A DNA stretch of 60,969 nucleotides, counting the filler, from Sphacelaria rigidula (Eukaryota): assembly GCA_964200075.2 (NCBI GenBank). It is 9 parts of 9 records of this genome, joined end to end, with 100 filler letters (N's around TTAATTAATTAA, not from the genome) between each part and the next. Parts side by side here need not be neighbours in the genome. Positions count along the whole stretch, not along the records: positions 20,359 to 27,044 come from CAXNAA020018636.1; positions 27,145 to 33,829 come from CAXNAA020018637.1; positions 33,930 to 40,614 come from CAXNAA020018638.1; 6 more parts are not named here. One strand, given 5' to 3'. Position 1 is the first letter of the stretch, and each line of letters opens with the position of its first letter. Of the stretch, positions 25,218 through 38,181 are shown piece after piece. The position numbers and the translations under genes are program-made. Under the pieces are notes generated by a model. It did not search any database, was not told the DNA's origin, and saw only the letters and a list, made by a program, of their open reading frames with translations.

Positions 25218-25550
25218 CATCGCCTCGGAACAATTTCACAGGCTGACAGCCCGGAGACATTCGGGGGTTTCCAGTGGCCGGGGGGTGGGGGGGGGGGCTG
25301 GGGGGGGTAGTTTGTGACGGGGAGAGTGTCTATCCGCAGAGTAGCCGAAAAGCTCTCCAAGTCAACCATGTGTCTGTGGAAGTTCCCGCGGAAGATTCTA
25401 AGCCAGGAACGAGGTCCGAGAGGCGCGGAATGACCATTCTGACCAATCACGGTCGTCAAAATGAGCATGTAGTTCGCCCGCAGGTGAACTACTTCGCTGA
25501 ATACTGGCATATTTCATTTCGGTCACGGCAGTTCAACCGTAGATTACATG
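25218..25550 (+). repeat. Dispersed repeat, copy of 11993-12310
   Basis: Direct similarity to 11993-12310 as described there. Confidence 0.85.
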
Positions 25551-26991
25551 GGTACGAATAACTTGACAATGTTCTGTAGTCTGCTGTCACTCGAGGTCTG
25601 TGCCGCCTGTCTGACGCCTCATCTGTTGCCAGCACAGCTTCACATTGTCCGTAGTGTTGTTGTGGGACACCAAGCAAAGGCATCAGCAGCATGTAGTAAA
25701 AAGTGTTCAGTCGAGAGCGATTGCGCACCTATACCGTCTCTCGCCGTTGTATCCAGCGAAGACATACAACACACATACTGACTGCCCGCACTTGACAGCA
25801 GGGTCGAAACTGGTCAGGGGCTCTCCGGGACTATTTCCTATACAGATGTCAAATATTCACATGCTCATGAAGAAGGCGTTTTGCGTTGCGAGAGAAAAGC
25901 TGATTCGAACCCTAAGTAAGCGTGGCTCAGTTCAACTTAGTCCACCTGCAGGGGGGTCGCTGTTTGAGGGTTGAAGTCATATTTCGGCACCCATACCTGT
26001 AGGAGGTATGCCTTTCGTTGCGGTTTTCGCCCGCAAAATTAATTAACAAAACTCTGTCCTGGTACATTGAAAAATTATCGCATTTATTTTTTGTCTTCAG
26101 AATTTTACTGAGAAGGCGTCTCACCTCGTTCAACTTGATGGTGATGCTCACCAGCTCTGGTGTCGTCCACATCGTCTTGCGTGCGACATAGTGGTGCAAG
26201 GCATTGTCCTGTACTGTAGTCTTTAAATGAGTCATCCATACAATCCCCATTGCATCGTACTGTGTTGGTGCCCACTTCGTCCCGTGTGTGGCGAGAATCG
26301 GTGCTAGGCAATATCTTGTACTGCCTTCAGTCCATAAATTAGTCATGAATCCACTCTGCATTGTGTACTTTTGTCCCCTTCGTCCATGGGTCCACCCCGC
26401 AAAATACCAGACACTAGGTACCCCCCCCCCCTCCGGCGCTCGTAGGAGTTTTCTTTCACATTACGAAACATTTAATAACTAGCACTTTTGGGGCGACGTG
26501 GGTGAGGTACTGTAGCACCTTTGATGGTTGGCCTTACCTGCGACCACAAGATGCGAGGCACAGTGGACGCAAATTGGCGGTGCAAATGGATGCGTTTAGC
26601 TTGATTCAGCAAAGCATTGCAGAGCATTGTGGTGTTTGCCTGGTCTTGTTTTTGTCGTGGAAGTGTGATGTGCATTGTATTGCCGACCCATAAACAAACT
26701 TGGGCTCACTTGGCTTCGAGGATGTCCGAAGAATTAAAGCTTCATTATTAACACAAATTTCAATGAACGAACATCATGCGTCAATGCCAGATATGTACTG
26801 AGCGACAAAGGCACACCGACTTACATCGACATCGACGTCATGTTTGGTAGATCGGCACCTGAATTACCGAGGAGCCAACAGCGACGTGGAACAAAGCTGA
26901 ATACTGTTTCTTTCATGAACTTTTTTTTTTCAACAAATGCAGCTTTACAGCTGCGTTTGTATGGGATTTAGTACCCCCCCCCTCCCTCCCT

Positions 26992-27044
26992 TGCTCCGTC
27001 TCGAAAGGGATGCGTGGTCAATGGTCAAACGACTAAGGCAAGCA
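26992..27044 (+). mobile_element. Mini-copy of the C-tract-associated LINE 3' end, cut by the contig end
   Basis: A C-run followed by TGCTCCGTCTCGAAAGGGATGCGTGGTCAATGGTCAAACGACTAAGGCAAGCA. Confidence 0.85.
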
Positions 27045-30000
27045 NNNNNNNNNNNNNNNNNNNNNNNNNNNNNNNNNNNNNNNNNNNNTTAATTAATTAA
27101 NNNNNNNNNNNNNNNNNNNNNNNNNNNNNNNNNNNNNNNNNNNNCAGAATGCGCACGCGGCGGGATGTGGTCAATCAGGCGGCTGCATGAGTAGCTTTTC
27201 TGAGGGGGGGTGTGAGCTATACCGGATGTTGGCGAAAATACCGTCGGTATACCGGTTTTTGGCGATTGCCCAAAGGTATGTGTCCGGTTGGTCCATGGAT
27301 TACCATATGGATTTATTCAGGAGCGAGTTTCCTCAGGAGAAACAAGAGCACGTTATCGTTCGAGGGGCAATCGAGATTTCAGCCTTCGCCGGAGGCGCCG
27401 TGAGTACGGTTCGTGTCTAACAGTCCTCCAAACCTCGGAGCTGTAGACACCAACCACCTCACTAGCCAAGGATATTCGGCAACTTTGGACCTTTTCCGTG
27501 CTGTCAAGCCAAGCGCGCTTGGTGACGACTCGACAGGAAGGTTGTCTGGTAGGAGCGAACTAACAGCATCGAATGAGATGTGGAAAAGCCCTGGAGTGGC
27601 GTGGGAGGTAGATGCTACGCTGCAGTGGCTGCTGCATCCAACGGAGGACGTAAGCTCAGAAAGTTTCGCTAGCAAGCTTGTCCCGGGCTACGTGCGATCG
27701 ACGCTAGCATGGGCAGCCGCCTGTGTCACGGTTCGAAAGAAGGACGGGTGGTAGTTTACGACCAGATCAAGATTATCGTGGACTGAACCAACTTCTGGAG
27801 TCATGCAGCGGCAGTTTGAGGGATATGCAGACCATGTATAGTGGGCTCGCAGAATCCAAGTACCCTACGAGTGTTGATTTAGCGAATGGATTTTTTCAGT
27901 TGGAGGTGGATGAAGTATTTTGGCAGTCAAAGAGTTCGTGGAAGTGATACGCTGATGCGGACTGGAAGGCGTTGGATTGTGTTGGAGTAAACCAGATTGA
28001 AAAGGGGATCAGGCTGGTACGTACGAGTCCGGGGCGCGGTTCTTTTCACAACCTTGTGGAAGAAGTGCAACCAGAAGTCTTGGTGAGGGATACAAGTCGG
28101 GTTGCACCAATTGAATGGGCCGAGCCGGAGTTTGCATTAACCAGCGTCGCCGCAGAGTTGGCCAAGTCATTCCTCTCGTCAACCTCTGCGACAACGCTGA
28201 TCTTAGAGAGTACTGCTGCGATGGTGCGCTCTCCTGGTGGGAACGAGCTCGTTGCCCCGTGTTGAGCGGAGCTGGGTGTCTCACTGAGCAGGCCTCAGTC
28301 TCAGCCGTGCAAGTGGGCGCACCGTATCGGAAGAGACGGACATATGTGGTCGCCCTGAAAGCTGATCGTCGGAGGGAAGGACAACTGCGAGCGTGGGAGC
28401 AGCGAGTGGAAGCGTACACCGTTGCCTGCCCCACGTTGGGTTGGCTGTTAGGGCGGACAGGTATTTATTTTTCTGGTGCCGACAGGACAGGGCAAGGCGA
28501 TTCACACTTCCAAGAATCCAATACCCAGATTATCTCGTTCTCAGCTGACGAAAGGTAAACCAAAGCGCGAGGAATTCAGACCCCATGGGGCGGACGCAGG
28601 TAGATAGGAAGAAGCAGTCGAACTGAAAGCAGACTAGTTCGTGAGGGTTGCGATTACTCTCGACTGCTACGAGACACCACCCCGGTAAATCACGACCCCA
28701 TGCCATAAATTTTGGCTAATTTCGTCCACCCGTGGATGATGAAGGTGGTTCTATCAAGTGAAAGCGAAAGATTTGTTTAGCCTGACTCATATCCAGGGTG
28801 AGGATGAGGTTTTAAGCAGGCTCGCTACGATGTCACCTCGTGACGAAGTAGAGTTACCAGAGGCTTGGGGAGCCGCTGTAACTCGTTCATCGGTTCAAGA
28901 GGCAGAGCGGAAGTCAGACCAAGACCCTGGTGGGGGGGAGGCCCCAACGGAGGAGCCACGGATACCAGGTAAAGGTATCCCTCAGACCATTCTCGAGCAG
29001 GCGAGAGCGATTCGGATGAGCAAGCCGCGACTAGTTTTGCTGCAAGAGCGGGCCTCCCGGCTTGGGCCCATCAGGGATAGGTTAATGTGCAATAGGAGAA
29101 TAAGGACGAAGGAACAGGTAAGAGGCAGGAAGCATACGTTCCAAAATGATGATGATCTTCTACGGTATACCTCACCTAGGGCGCCAGGTAAGTTAGCTGT
29201 TCCACGCAGTCTAGTGCCTGGCTTGCTCGCGTTGGTGCATACTACGCATGGGCACGCCGGAGTGATGAAAACGACTGTGGCGGTCAACGCACGCTATGAG
29301 TGACCCGGTCTTTTCGCCGATACTCATAAATACGTGCTGTCTTGTGGATGTTTCCGACGCAGACGTACTAATAGTCACACCATCACGATGCGACCCGCCC
29401 GTTTCTTGCAGTTCTGGGAGATGATGTAGATGGACATTGCGGACATGAAGCAAATTTCTACTTCTGGTAATAGGTTCTTGTTGGTTGTTATGGATCGAGC
29501 GATCAATTTCCCTTTGTTCTTCCACTAGCAGCCAAAGTTACTGAGCACGTAGTTAAGGGTCTGCTGAAACTGTTCCTGACGGTCGAAACGCCCTATTTCC
29601 TTTGAAGTGACGCTGGGGGGGGGTTCACTTCGGAAGTAGTAAACCATGCATGTCATATGGATGAAGGTGAAACTAGATCATGGTCCCGCAGATCACCCTC
29701 GCGATCAGGGCGAGGTGGAAAGATACGGAGAGTGGTTGCATGGCGTTTTAACCGAGCTATGTAAGCAGGGGCTGGAATGATGGAACGAGTGTGTGGATCC
29801 TGCTGTATGGATTCATCATACTACTTCCGGCCAGTCACTGCCGCATAACCCAACGCGATTAATGCTGATTTTGAGCGCGAGCCTCCCACCCAAGTCAACT
29901 CTGTGTCACCTGAAGCAGAATCCGTACCGTTCAATAACACGGTAGAGCAACAGCGACAAAATTGAACGACGTTCATGAGCCGTTAACCCAACGCCACCGG

Positions 30001-30619
30001 CGTAGGGAAGAGGTGAGACTAGTTAGAAATGCCGAGATGATTCGTCAGTCGGCAGGATCGCGAGCTAAGGTATAAGATATGATACTAGTCAAAGAGTCTG
30101 ACAGCTCCCTTCTGAAGGAAGATGTACCGACCAAATTAGCACGCGACTTGTGGACTGGGCCAGGGACGGTGCAGCAGGTGGTGATACCAGGTCTCAATCT
30201 TGAGGTCAAAATGCAGGTGCGCAAAGTACAAGAGCAAACGGTGTTCGCGGCCGGCGTGAAGAAATTTCATGTGCCCCCAGAACAGCTGCAGCACTCATTT
30301 CCAGGCGAGGTTTTTAGCTAGCTTGGGGGGGCAGATTTAGGGTTGGCTGAGGACATCACGTCCACACCTCTACTTTATACTCTAACGAATTGAAAAGCAG
30401 TGCTGGGCCCAGGATCATCGTGAGTGTGGGAACACCAACGGTTGTTTCACGACGGATCGGAGCCACACTGGCTTTCAGAGGAGAGGATTTGGACAGTTTG
30501 AGTTACAGTTGGACGTATTTAATGCCTTGTGGGAATTATATCAACCGCAGACAAGGCCACGTCCATCTGATACACAATCTCAAGCAGAAAGGGGCTCAAT
30601 TACGCGGCAGATTTTCCGA

Positions 30620-31110
30620 GGTACCAAGATCCTTAAATGGTTTACGGACAGTCCAGAGCGGTCAACATAATCAAGGACTTCTCCGGACGGGATGGGATCG
30701 TTTCTCTACGGTGTTTAAATTCCCTGCGTGGTCTAACCCGGCGGAGCGGTCAACAAGATCAAGAACGTCTCCAGACTGGATGGGATCGTTTCTCTACGGT
30801 GTTCAAATTCCCTGCGTGGTCTAACCTGGCAGAGCGGTCAACAAGATCAAAGACTTCTCCGGACTGGATGGGATCGTTTCTCTACGGTGTTTCAATTCCC
30901 TACGTGGTCTAACCCGGCAGAGCGGTCAAGAAGATCAAGGACTTCTCCGGACTGGATGGGATCGTTTCTCTACGGTGTTTCAATTCCCTACGTGGTCTAA
31001 CCCAGCAGAGAGATCTACAAGAGCGGGAGTTGCCGAGATTGTTCGAGATTGTTCTGCACGGTGTCTAAATTCCCTACGTGGTCTAACTCGGCAGAACGGT
31101 TACCAAGATC
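30620..31110 (+). repeat. 88-bp tandem repeat (~5.5 units) in the Gypsy 3' non-coding region
   Basis: GATGGGATCG at 30691, 30779, 30867 and 30955. Confidence 0.95.
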
Positions 31111-31226
31111 GACGGCTACACGAAAACAACGTCGAATACTCGACGACGAGGAATATGGTAACGCGGTGATCCATCGTCGAACCACGTTCAGCCCCAGGGT
31201 TTGTCAACCCTAGGTCTGCGGGGGGG

Positions 31227-31763
31227 TGTTAAGGATCGCGGCATATATGGAGGAAGGGCAGTACAATGATGGACCCATCTATGTGATGGAAAGTCCCGGG
31301 GGGCTGACTGCGGGAACTAGCAATGTGCCGTAGTCAGGGTTGAGGATGTTTGAGCCCGTACGAAAACGGTTACATAAGCATGCCTCTTTACATCCGACTC
31401 AAACCCCGATTCTTCTAGAATCGAGGACAGCCGGCCCCCTGGTTTTAAATCCTCTGGAACGAAAACGTGAAACGAGTTAAAGACCACCACTTCAAAAGAG
31501 AAACTGAATCGACCCTGAAGCTTTGATCAAGATACCCTGACATGCTGGATAAGCTGTTCCGCGTTAAAGTGATCATCCCTTGTGCTGGAAAACCGTTTTG
31601 CCCTGCGATGATGGTGAGCAAGTACGTACAAATCAGTGCATACTGTACTGTACATGGATAAATATGCCGCATGTATGGTTGAAGTAGGAAATTTCACTTT
31701 ATGCTCCGTCTCATGAAGATCCGTCACCACAGTGCTTGAGCAGCGATCATGATAACCATAACA
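31227..31763 (+). repeat. Putative 3' LTR (~537 bp) preceded by a G-run polypurine tract
   Basis: GCGGGGGGG|TGTTAAGG ... CCATAACA, a 7/8 inverted terminus with TG...CA. Confidence 0.65.
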
Positions 31764-32673
31764 ATTGAGACAGTAGTAAAAACGAACTAGTGCACGGACA
31801 AGCCAGAGAGGCTACTAAACAGACTATCCGTATCAATAACACTGGCGTGTGCTTACAGCTACACGTGGATACCCCACCCTTTGATATCAAGGGCTCCAGT
31901 GTCAAGCCACTACAGAAAGCGTATCGAGCCTCGCTCAGGGGTGTTTCGGAGTTGAAACGATTCGTTCATCAATTTGACCGCGCCTTACTCTCAATCGTAT
32001 TGTCCACAATCAATCTCACGAAAACATCGTCTGCAGTGCTTAACAGCGCAGACCACTGCACTACAGTGCACCGCACTGGACCGTGCGTAACATTTTGCAG
32101 TACATCATGTCGAGTATACTAAAATCGAGTACAGTACGCAACAGCATGGGGCAGCACCCAACAGCGTGCTTTGTGTTGTCATCGCACCCGACCCCGTACT
32201 GGACCGCAGCACACACCCAGCAGTGAAAGATAGTACAATGATAGGATACACGGGTCCAGACATGACGATACATTATATTGCACTCGGGTGCAGTTCATAA
32301 CGGCACAGGGCAGCACGTAACAATGCGATAGATAGAAATAGGTAATGTATCACACGTCGGACAAGTCAATACTCGTCGAAACGAGTGCACTCGTGGATGT
32401 TCTTTGAAAACACTACGAGCATGGCTCGTGTGCTCGAGTCATTACTTCATCTTACACGAGCAAAACACGAGATCTTACAAATTGGGGATGGATCTTATAT
32501 TGGGGATGAGAAACCCGGAGGATTAAAATCTTGGTATCCACGCAGCAGTCGGGATGGGAACCTCGGTAGAAGAAACGTGCGTACGACGACCACGCGACCG
32601 CCGCGTGCGCGTCGGCTCATCGGGCGCAAGAGAATGCGTGAATCGCTCGTTAGGCGGGCGTTGAAAACCCACC

Positions 32674-33069
32674 ATGGGCGCCGTACGCGAATTGAGGAAT
32701 CGCCGCCGCGCTGCCGCTGCCGTTGCCGACATTCGGATGCCGGCCATGCCTCACTTCCCCGTTGGTCCGGACAGCGATTCCGTCGACGGTGTTCAGCCAC
32801 CCTGCCGCGCTTCCGCTCTCTCTCCGATGTTCCGTAAAGGTCCTGGTTCTCCAAACGACGGCTCCGGCAACCTACCGCTACTGGCACACCCTTCTTGCAC
32901 CAAGCCTAGCTGTGACAAGGCTGGCTCTATCAGCATGGTTCCGTGTGACGGGAACTGCGACAACTTACTGCACCCTACTTGCGGGTTCTACGTTTCTATG
33001 GACGACTCCGGCCGGTCGTGTTCATCGTGTTCTGGCACCACCCTTGGCAAGCGTCGTAGCCGTTCGTAG
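32674..33069 (+). pseudogene. ORF fragment ending in a PHD-like C4HC3 zinc finger (possible transposase C-terminus or last exon)
   Basis: CTKPSC..CDGNCDNLLHPTC..CSSC followed by a basic KRRSRS and a stop, then a ~650-nt pyrimidine-rich tract. Confidence 0.5.
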
Positions 33070-35854
33070 CTACTTCTCCTTTCCTATTCATTTCTCCGAT
33101 TGCTTCTCATGACTTATTCCTTTACTGCTGCATTCGTTATTTTTTTCTGGGGTTCCTGTCCTTCGTACGAATTGATTATTTTTTCTGTTTGTCATCGGAG
33201 GTCTGTTCTCCGTTTCAATGTAGATTCTCGTGCGCGTTCCGGGAGGGGTGTTGTTTTCATCATCTTCCGCCAGGGAACTTTACTTCTTGCTTCCCTTCTA
33301 GGCACCTTTTTCTTCCGTGTTTTTTTGCTCATCTATTCCCTCTACGGGAAGTTTCGGCTTCGTCTCTCTTCTTCCGTTTCTTCTCTCCTACCCTGCCGGG
33401 GGAATGGGGTTGTCGTATCACGTCATTAGTTTCGTTTTGTATACGACTCTGCCTCGTCTCATCGCATTTCTGTCCTCACCTCTCTTCCTTTCGTACTTTT
33501 TCGTATTATTTTTCCCCTGTCACTGTGTTGTTTAGTTTGTTTCTCCGTCTCCCTTTGCCCCTTTTATGCCGCATGTTAGCGGTGTCATCCCTCGTGTTTC
33601 CGATTGTTGACTTTCCCGTTTTAGTGTTGTTTCCCTTTCAGTAGCCGTTTTTCCTTCGATTGCCATGGTTCCTTCTCGCCTTTCCATCCGTCTTATCTTT
33701 CCAGATAAAATAAATCAAACTCTAAAGCTTTCACAGATGTTGCGAGTTCCGTGTTGTTATCGTGACGACCTTTGAGCAGCCGAGAGGACGCGTGGTAAAG
33801 GAAGGAAAGGTAGCAATGATCCCGTTTGCNNNNNNNNNNNNNNNNNNNNNNNNNNNNNNNNNNNNNNNNNNNNTTAATTAATTAANNNNNNNNNNNNNNN
33901 NNNNNNNNNNNNNNNNNNNNNNNNNNNNNGAGTTGAACCTCATTTTTTTTTTCAACCCCATTTTCGAGAATTGGCTGTTACCTCTTGCTGTCGTGACGTG
34001 CCTCTCGTAACGAGCGACTGCGTGTCTGTGTACTGCAACGCGTGCACAACAACACCAAGCCAGTTTCGCCGAAATCGTACTGCATTGACGGGTTCACAGA
34101 CATTAAAGTATTCGGTGGTGTGTCTGGCTGCGCGTAACCGGGCTAAAACCAAATTACAATCACAACAGCAACATGTCACTTTCACGGCATCGTACTGTTG
34201 TAGTGTGTACCGTTTTGTAGGGGTTCGCGGGGTAAGTATCTAGTTGTGCACCTGCCTGAGTGCGTACGGAGCACTACAATGCATAACAGCAACTGTCCAC
34301 GGTCGCCTGCATCTTACTATTATACTGTTATACTGACTGTTCCTATGGCTTTATGGTGCAAGTCCCCACGGATTTATGATGCAAGTGGTGATGAGTCTGT
34401 CTGGGCTCGTGCGGAGCAATTAACCACAATGCTTTCATTAATAAATCCTGGATCTCTGGTGCACAAGTCGTCATAACGGACGGGAAAACTCGCAGCACAC
34501 CGGGAAGATTTCGTACGGCAACGGACTGAGCGAGTGCCGTGCAGATATGCAGCCCAGCAGGTTACATACAAGGGCAAATGGTCAACGATGTAAGCCTTGC
34601 AATTTGCGTCCCACACACATGAAAGTGGGGTGCCGTAGTTTGTGTACCGTTGTACTGGGTTGTCTGTCGTACCACACCTACAGGCATGCGGTTCACGCTT
34701 GATCCTGTAACATACCGCATCGAAGTCAAGTTGAAGTCGGCGAAATGACTCGAAACTGCTCAGACTCACCAACTATCCCGGTTCACGATGTTCGAGGAGA
34801 GACCACGAACGAGGTTTCTCTGGCTGCTTCCCTTTCTGGTGGATCGTGACCTATATCGTCACATGCATCGCCTCGTGCGCATACCGCACTGGAGGTCACT
34901 TACATCGCCTGTCATATGTCATGACTATCACAATTGTTTGCGGGGGTGCCCACAGTGAGATGATCTCCGGAGAAAAGCGGTGTCAATCAATCATCATCAT
35001 CATCATGCTGTATCCAAAGCGGTTGAGCGCAAGCAACCTTTGCTTGAGCGCGTTGCTATCTCCTCGATGTTCGCCTCTATATCTTTACCTTACATTTTCT
35101 ATACTGCCCTCCGAGACCCCATCGCGGATTTCTTTCGCTGCACGTGAATCGGCGAGATGCCTTTGCGCATGCAAGTAGCACCAGCTGACAGCCGTTGTTT
35201 TGAGATCACAACAGTAGTTGTACTCATACAGATAACCTCAGCAATAGCAGCATTAGCGAAATTCTTGCGGGTCATGCTTTCAACTCCATCTCTGATTATG
35301 AGTTCAGGGCAAGGGTATATCACAGTAGAACTCGTGGCATTGGTACCTTTACGTCTTAGCTGCTCACTATTCACTGGAAGTTGAACTGCCTCAGTTGGCG
35401 GCGTCTGGGTGTAGAGATATCCTCAAGTATGCGCACGTGTTCGAACGTTTAAGATGCGGTCGAAACAATGATGGAAAACAACATAAGAAACGAACCGACA
35501 TCGCCGCAAGCGGCTAGTTTTGGTGAATCCGAGTTCTCCGGATCTCGTGCTGCCCCTATAACGTACAGCTTGCTGTATGTTGTACTTAATGAAGGTTTCA
35601 CATCATGGAAATACTTGTTTGGACTTTACGCTCTGTCGGCCAGTTATTCCCTCGCGTTGGAAAGCCAGCACAACGCCGTACGGTCAGTTTGGATACGGGA
35701 TGTGTACTTGAGCCAAGTCAAGCAACCTCTGATGTCCCCGTGTTTGCAAGCTTGTCTGACTTCTGTACCGTTGTTTAGCTCACGTCATGTATGCAATCCC
35801 GTCGAACCGTTTGCGATGGATTCCTCGTGGTCTATGTTCACATACGTATAAGAG

Positions 35855-36110
35855 TGGTGCCAAGATACACCCCCACACACACCCCACCCCCCCAACCAGC
35901 CCCAAAACTGTCACAAAGAAAACGGTCATACAGCTCATAATGGCTAGTCTCAGACTACATGAAACACCTCACGTGGGTGACATTGGCGAAGATCATCCCA
36001 AGCGTGAGAGCTCCCAGCTGCTCGGTCGGTGTGCTCGGCCTCTGTCATTTTGAGTTACATGTCGATTTTGCTTCCTCAAACCAGCCACTTCCCTGGGGGA
36101 GCTATTATTG
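35855..36110 (+). mobile_element. Diverged GACACTTTCTACGATAG-family MITE
   Basis: Internal ACCAGCCCCAAAACTGTCACAAAGAAAACGGTCATACAGC..CCCAAGCGTGAGAGCTCCCAGCTGCTCG aligns with 47127-47355. Confidence 0.65.
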
Positions 36111-36463
36111 CGGCATCGCTCATATTCGTAGCGCAGGATACTCTTGCTTTTACTGTCAGCACAACGATATCCATAACGACTTTGCCTAGCCACGATTCAC
36201 ATCAGAGTAAAGCCAAACAAGGGTCGGAATCGAGTGTTACGACACGTGTCATAACTATATACAGCCGATCCTAATTTCTGGGGTTGAACACTATAATGGG
36301 GTTCAAGCGGCATACATATTGTTGCAGGAATGGCGCGAGACAGTTACACCAAGGCAAACCACCTTCCCCACCCCAAAATCTGCAGCAGCAGTTGAGCAGT
36401 TGTGGCTATTATAGGTGCACCGAACGAATGCGGTGTACACGCGTGTCGGTGACGATACCATCG

Positions 36464-36841
36464 TGTTTGTAGGATGGCCTGGGGTGGTCAGTATGATACA
36501 CCTTGTCAGGATAAGGTGCAATAGTCTCGTGACATACCTGCTTGACTTCCGGGTACTACGCGGGATAACTTTATAGTGTGATGTTAGTGACTAGACATAC
36601 GTGAGTGGTGCTTGTCGCATCTTGATACCTTGGCCCCCACTGGGACCACTCCCCTTCCTCCCTTCTCCATCAACAAAGCTTTATGTACATTTTTACCTCA
36701 TCTTGATCGGCAGACAGCCGTGTCCATTGATCGACGATCGCAGCCGTGTCCATTGATCGACTATCGCAGTCGTGTCCATTGATCGACTATCTGAGTCGAG
36801 TCTGCACCCCACCCTCTCACGGGGTCACGAAGCTACAAACA
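36464..36841 (+). repeat. Putative 5' LTR (378 bp) of a Copia element, containing three 26-bp repeats (36715-36791)
   Basis: Perfect 9-bp inverted termini TGTTTGTAG...CTACAAACA, ending 47 nt before the gag ATG. Confidence 0.7.
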
Positions 36842-36888
36842 CTCTAGAGCCCCTACCCAAGTTGGGAGCTTTGTGGCCGAAGTAAACT

Positions 36889-38181
36889 ATGGCAGACTGG
36901 AGCACCACAGAGGGACACTCGGCTGTCGTGGGAGACACATCATCTCCAACGGAAATGCGGGAGGCCAAGGAAAATGTAGCCAGTTTGCAAAACTCGATGG
37001 CGGATATCACCGAGCAGCTGGCGGAGCTGAAGACGATGATGGTGTCTCAGTTAGTGCGCGGGACATCGTCCACTGGCCCCGGAGCGGCAGCGGACGGGGA
37101 GGGGGAGGCAGGCGACGGGAGACACACCGTCGCCGGTGCCGGAGGGAGGGTCCAGTCACCACGCGGTGTAGGGACTATATCAGGTCCTCTCCGAGGATTC
37201 ACGGGCGATGGATCCGCCCAAGTAAGTATGAACGAGGAGTCCCCAGCTTACTACCCCCGTCTAGGCGTGAAGAATTATTTTCGTGTTGATGAAAAGTTTG
37301 ATGACCAAGAGAGAAATTGGCCGTTGTTTTGTGATGATTTCTTGACACAAGTCAGCGCAGCAGGTTTTATGAGCGCCGTACGAGACACACGAAATATTCA
37401 GGTTCACGATGCGAGTAACGAGGATTTGGTTAATCAGGGATTAGCACCGAAAGAAATACAGATGTACAGACTCTTGTGGGCGGGACTGGTGAGCTCTATA
37501 AAGGATAAGCATGTAAAGCAAACCGTATACTCCTGTAAGGGACCGTCAGTGGCGTGGCGAGCGTTGGAAGAGTATTATGCGCCGTTGACTGGTGGTGAAC
37601 AGATCTTGTTGGTTGGGAAGTTTTTCCATATGACACAGGAAACCGGCCAGGACCCCCGCGAATACTGGCAAGAATATCATAACGTTATTGTGTCACTGGA
37701 AACGGCTCTCGAACAACCGATACCAAAGAAGTTAGTATTCGCGCGTTTTCTGGATGAACTCACAGCTGATTACGACCACCAGAAACAACACCTCCTCTCA
37801 CAGAAAGGCTTGTATGTAGAAGATCTGTTGGCGACGTTGAGAACTAGGTTCGGGATGACAAGAGACAACAAGAGAAAGGATAGCCAAGCCTCGATGTTAG
37901 TTGGAAAGAACAGTGGCAAAGGAAGCCGGGAGAAAAAATTACAAGGGACCTCGGGAAGTACGGGTGATTCAAAAACAGACGGGCGTGAAAATGGTTCTGC
38001 GAAGGAGAGGCGATGTTGGATTCGCCGGAAACAAACAACACACTTCGCGCGTGACTGTCCGGAACGACACTGTATGAGATGCGGAAAAAAGGGACACTCG
38101 TTTCAGGATTGTAATACAGGAGAAGACGAAGATACAGCGATGGCAGTAGGGTCGTCGGGTAGTAGCGATTCTTCAGTATGA
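36889..38181 (+). CDS. gag: Ty1/Copia Gag polyprotein, 430 aa, uninterrupted
   Basis: KFDDQERNWPLF, GPSVAWRALEEYY, RFLDELTADYD (Retrotran_gag_2/UBN2-like). Knuckles CWIRRKQTTHFARDC (degenerate) and CMRCGKKGHSFQDC (CCHC). Confidence 0.9.
   Translation: MADWSTTEGHSAVVGDTSSPTEMREAKENVASLQNSMADITEQLAELKTMMVSQLVRGTSSTGPGAAADGEGEAGDGRHTVAGAGGRVQSPRGVGTISGPLRGFTGDGSAQVSMNEESPAYYPRLGVKNYFRVDEKFDDQERNWPLFCDDFLTQVSAAGFMSAVRDTRNIQVHDASNEDLVNQGLAPKEIQMYRLLWAGLVSSIKDKHVKQTVYSCKGPSVAWRALEEYYAPLTGGEQILLVGKFFHMTQETGQDPREYWQEYHNVIVSLETALEQPIPKKLVFARFLDELTADYDHQKQHLLSQKGLYVEDLLATLRTRFGMTRDNKRKDSQASMLVGKNSGKGSREKKLQGTSGSTGDSKTDGRENGSAKERRCWIRRKQTTHFARDCPERHCMRCGKKGHSFQDCNTGEDEDTAMAVGSSGSSDSSV

Larger units (their letters stand above)
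27145..31763 (+). mobile_element. pol: Decayed Ty3/Gypsy LTR retrotransposon (partial RT, integrase, 3' region, PPT, 3' LTR)
   Basis: RT N-terminus WAAACVTVRKKDG..DYRGLN..SVDLANGFFQL. Integrase zinc finger LAVPRSLVPGLLALVHTTHGHAG, core MDIADM..GNRFLLVVMDR, C-terminal KLARDLWTGP. RT precedes IN. Many stops and frameshifts. Confidence 0.92.

Noticed and set aside
30620..31110. Hammerhead ribozyme tandem (retrozyme-like)
   Set aside because: There is no CTGANGA core on either strand of the 88-bp unit.
36842..36888. Primer-binding site of the Copia element
   Set aside because: I cannot match it confidently to a tRNA 3' end or half-tRNA primer.
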